Origin: Candidatus Omnitrophota bacterium
GTDB taxonomy: Bacteria; Omnitrophota; Gorgyraeia; JAGLLT01
Direction: 5' to 3'
Length of the DNA stretch: 34,380 nt
NCBI GenBank assembly: GCA_023140385.1
Contig: JAGLLT010000039.1
Span: forward strand, 1-34,380
The notes under the pieces were generated by a model, which worked only from the letters and a program-made list of their open reading frames with translations, was not told the DNA's origin and ran no database searches. A program made the position numbers and the translations under genes. Each line of letters starts with the position of its first letter. The first letter of the stretch is position 1. Below are positions 33,588 to 34,380 of this stretch, piece after piece.

Positions 33588-33722
33588 TAGCGTATAAAAA
33601 ATAGCGTATAGCGGATAGCGCTTAGCGTATAGAAAACAGCGGATAGTGTATAGCAGATAAATGGGTAGGCTGTTTTTTGCTTTTGTGTGTTTTATACGCT
33701 ATACGCTATATGCTATCCGCTA
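33588..33722. repeat. Heptamer (TAGCGTA) tandem array with an inverted array, forming a long hairpin
   Basis: Ten units in unbroken 7-nt register at 33588-33657 (tagcgta taaaaaa tagcgta tagcgga tagcgct tagcgta tagaaaa cagcgga tagtgta tagcaga). Four inverted units at 33695-33722 (tacgcta tacgcta tatgcta tccgcta). Confidence 0.88.
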
Positions 33723-33741
33723 TTATTATCCGGTGATTTAC

Positions 33742-33770
33742 TTGACGTAGAGGCAAAACCACTGTATAAT
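33742..33770 (+). promoter_or_regulatory. Near-consensus sigma70 promoter for the PilB/GspE gene
   Basis: TTGACG (33742-33747), 17 bp spacer, TATAAT (33765-33770). Confidence 0.8.
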
Positions 33771-33810
33771 AAAGTCTGTAAAAACAAAACTGCACATAGG
33801 TTAAGGAAAA

Positions 33811-34380
33811 GTGATTGATGATAGAAGGCTAATTGTAGATAGTATTAAAAGCACAGGCCTACTGGAGGACGGTCAGGTTCAAGAGGCTCTGGAGCTTCAG
33901 GCTAAAAGCCGGGAAAGATTAAGTTCACTTTTAGCCAGCTTAGGCTACATTTCAAATGAGGATATTGTTACCGCCCTTCCTTCACAAATCGGCCTTGTTC
34001 CCGTTGAGATAAAAGATAAAAAGATTAACAGCGAAACCGCTAAAATAATTTCCCCCGAAGTTGCCTATCAACACAGAGTTATGCCTCTGGAGCTTAACGG
34101 CGAAATCCTCACCATTGCTACAGATGACCCTCTGAATTTTCTTGCTATAGAAAACTTACAAAAGTTTGTTGGAATTAAGCTGAAGGTTGTTTTATCTTCC
34201 GAAGATGAGCTGTTGGCGCAGCAGAAAGTCCACTATGGGGAAAAACGGGAAAAAGAAAATGTTTTAGAGGGTGTGGTAGAGAGAATTGACGAAGAGAGTG
34301 ACTTTTATAAGGGGGGAGGAGAAAAAGGAATTGGTTATGTAGTTAGTGATGAGGATGCTCCGATTATTCGCCTGGTGAGT
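33811..34380 (+). CDS. PilB/GspE-family secretion/pilus ATPase, N-terminal part; truncated by the right edge and absent from the ORF track
   Basis: GTG at 33811 behind AAGGA, open for 190 codons: MIDDRRLIVDSIKSTGLLEDGQVQEALELQAKSRERLSSLLASLGYISNEDI...AYQHRVMPL...LTIATDDPLN...HYG...EDAPIIRLVS (MshEN-like/T2SSE_N domain plus the APII linker). Confidence 0.88.
   Translation, partial: MIDDRRLIVDSIKSTGLLEDGQVQEALELQAKSRERLSSLLASLGYISNEDIVTALPSQIGLVPVEIKDKKINSETAKIISPEVAYQHRVMPLELNGEILTIATDDPLNFLAIENLQKFVGIKLKVVLSSEDELLAQQKVHYGEKREKENVLEGVVERIDEESDFYKGGGEKGIGYVVSDEDAPIIRLVS

Noticed and set aside
33588..33722. CRISPR array
   Set aside because: Units are contiguous 7-mers with no unique spacers, and no cas genes are present.
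31117..33722. Heptamer arrays as binding sites for the nearby HTH_17 proteins
   Set aside because: Only proximity supports it, and head-to-tail binders of this fold generally use roughly helical-turn spacing rather than 7 bp.
33750..33800. c-di-GMP-I riboswitch (GGCAAAACC resembles GGCAAACC) upstream of pilB/gspE
   Set aside because: The motif lies in the promoter spacer, upstream of the predicted start site, and no second GCAAA-type stem follows.

Overview
A gene-dense bacterial window with every credible CDS on the + strand. It comes from an anaerobe (pyruvate:ferredoxin oxidoreductase, ferredoxin). Gene content and protein styles suggest Candidatus Omnitrophota (OP3) or a related PVC-like lineage; this is inference and was not tested. 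Left to right: the 3' end of an RHS polymorphic toxin with an unrecognised His-rich C-terminal domain and three AT-rich immunity-like genes; a protein-only RNase P (HARP/Aq880 type) followed by an acidic disordered protein; rnhB, trxA, a HAD hydrolase and a PNPOx-like protein; nifJ-type PFOR, ferredoxin, CcdA, TlpA, an AAA+wHTH ATPase, YqeY, an MBL hydrolase and an aminotransferase; an AT-rich insert (secreted alpha/beta hydrolase plus a frameshifted secreted ORF); a two-subunit LeuC/LeuD-type hydratase clustered with an NADP-signature isocitrate dehydrogenase and malate dehydrogenase (probably a split aconitase, not leucine synthesis); apbE; surA-pdxA-rsmA; gatCAB; an S41 protease; tsaD; mgtC; a bactofilin-HTH fusion followed by a membrane-anchored HTH protein; a PiT transporter with DUF47; and the 5' part of a PilB/GspE ATPase. 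The best candidate for an undescribed system is the bactofilin-HTH / HTH-TM pair. Other points of interest are the HARP locus, two unrelated 7-nt-register repeat hairpins, double hairpins placed just upstream of ribosome-binding sites, and a PdxA with a degenerate nucleotide-binding loop. No tRNA, rRNA, CRISPR array or transposase was recognised.
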